The notes beneath the pieces are model-generated. The model worked only from the letters and a program-made list of their open reading frames with translations. It ran no database searches and was not told where the DNA came from. Below, one piece after another: positions 62,508 through 64,000 of a stretch of 64,000 bases of DNA. This DNA comes from Malacoraja senta (taxonomy: Eukaryota), in the NCBI GenBank assembly GCA_038087875.1, contig CM075993.1, positions 4,218,001 through 4,282,000 on the forward strand. The letters run 5' to 3'. A program made the position numbers and the translations under genes. How positions within the stretch are numbered: position 1 is the stretch's first letter; each line of letters starts with the position of its first letter.

Positions 62508-63405
62508 AGGGAGGTTTCACGGCAGTCGGGTCACGACCCATGACCCGTACTGTTGCTACGCTACGCCAAATGGAGTACACGCGATGAACTGCAGGTAAGC
62601 ACTTACCATTGTTTCCAGCGTAGCGGGCCCTTTAAAACCCGCTGAAATTGTCAAATTTGCGCTGTAAATAATTATGGAAATCGGGTTAAGCGTGAGAGAC
62701 ATTTAGCCTACTTCAGAATTCAAAAAGTGAGGAGAAACGATGGTAGATAGAAGCGAGAGCTGAAGGGACAACAACAGCCAGAGTGCTTGGCGAACATTGG
62801 CCGTTTGCTCACTGCATTTCATCAACTAAGGCATTATTTGTGTTTTTTCTTGATTCCTTTTTCATCTAAAAAGTCTCAGAAGGGATAAATCTGGCTGTAC
62901 AATTTTAAAATCGCCCATGGTTCTCAAGTGGGTTTTCACATACAAAAAGAAAACTCCTCTGAAGCAAAATTTACAACCAGATTTATCACTTCTGAGACTT
63001 TTTAGATACCAAAGGAATCAAGAAAAAATCCAAATAATGCCTTACCGTTGATGAAATGCAGTGAGCAAACGCGATCATTCCCAATATTTTCAATTCCGAT
63101 ATCTGCACGGCCAATGTTCGCCAAGCACTTTAGCAGCTGTTGTCCCTTCAGCTCTCGCTTCTCTTTACCTTCATTTCGCTTCAATTTTGGAATTCTGAAG
63201 TTGGGTACATGTCTCTCACACTTACCCCGACTTCCACAATTTTTTACAGCGAAAAAATGCAACATTTTGGCGGTTTTTAACAGGTAGGAAAGTAGCGTTT
63301 CTTGCATTAATAACATATACCGGAAGTGACAGATGTCCTCCAGATTGATTGAGCGGCTGCGTGCTTCAAGCCCTATGACCCGGTGACCTTACGTGCAACC
63401 CCCCA
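62508..63405. mobile_element. Non-autonomous DNA transposon (about 0.9 kb, AT or AAT TSD, ISL2EU-like) nested in an inverted copy of itself
   Basis: Imperfect TIRs AGGGAGGTTTCACG / CGTGCAACCCCCCA. Flanks 62211-62507 and 63406-63905 are the reverse complement of its own interior. Confidence 0.72.
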
Positions 63406-64000
63406 ATTGGAAATATTGGGAATTATCGCGTTTGCTCACTGCATTTCCTCAACAGTAAGGCATTATTTGTGTTTTTTCTTGATTCCTTTGGTATCTAAAA
63501 AGTCTCAGAAGTGATAAATCTGGTTGTAAATTTTGCTTCAGAGGAGTTTTATTTTTGTATGTAAAAACCCACTTGAGAACCACGGGCGATTTTAAAATTT
63601 TACAGCCAGATTTATCCCTTCTGAAACTTTTTAGATGCCAAAGGAATCAAGAAAAAACACAAATAATGCCTTAGTTGATGAAATGCAGTGAGTAAACGGC
63701 CAATGTTCGACAAGCACTTTGGCTGCTGTTGTCCCTTCATCTCCTCGCTTCTATCTACTGTCATTTCTCTTCACTTTTTGAATTCTGAAGTAGGTTAAAT
63801 GTCTCTCACGCTTATCCCGATTTCCATAATTATTTACAGCGCAAAAATTGACAATTTCGGCGGGTTTTAACGGGCCCGCTACGCTGGAAACAATGGTAAG
63901 TGCTTGTTGGTACACAAAAATGCTGGAGAAACTCAGCGGGTGCAGCAGCATCTATGGAGCGAAGGAAATAGGCAACGTTTCGGGCCGAAACCCTTCTTCA

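Noticed and set aside
62299..63316. Pair of similar ~100-aa ORFs on opposite strands
   Set aside because: They reflect the inverted copies of a non-coding transposon; no recognisable protein.

Overview
Repeat-rich vertebrate genomic DNA. The repeat set (HE1/V-SINE-like SINEs, CR1, Penelope, Rex1) points to a cartilaginous fish, probably a skate or ray (inference). Two multi-exon genes lie head-to-head. MPI (mannose-6-phosphate isomerase) is on the minus strand: 8 exons, ATG at 23602, stop at 3215-3217, with a GC-AG intron 3 and two single-G insertions in the last exon. SCAMP2 is on the plus strand: 9 exons, ATG at 25950, stop at 57122-57124, 333 aa. The most striking signal is RNA catalysis carried by mobile elements. 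Two unrelated 139- and 161-bp TSD-flanked retroposons (29198-29358 minus, 41319-41457 plus) each begin exactly with a minimal HDV/CPEB3-like ribozyme fold with covarying stems. An abundant Penelope-derived short repeat carries a hammerhead-like core and often forms self-templated palindromes. Also present: a near-intact Passport-like Tc1 element, Harbinger-type MITEs, a solo LTR between the two promoters, a teleost-like CORE-SINE, a 1.9-kb G-rich minisatellite in MPI intron 1, and a DNA transposon inserted into an inverted copy of itself. All identifications are by eye and from memory of the families; no searches were run.
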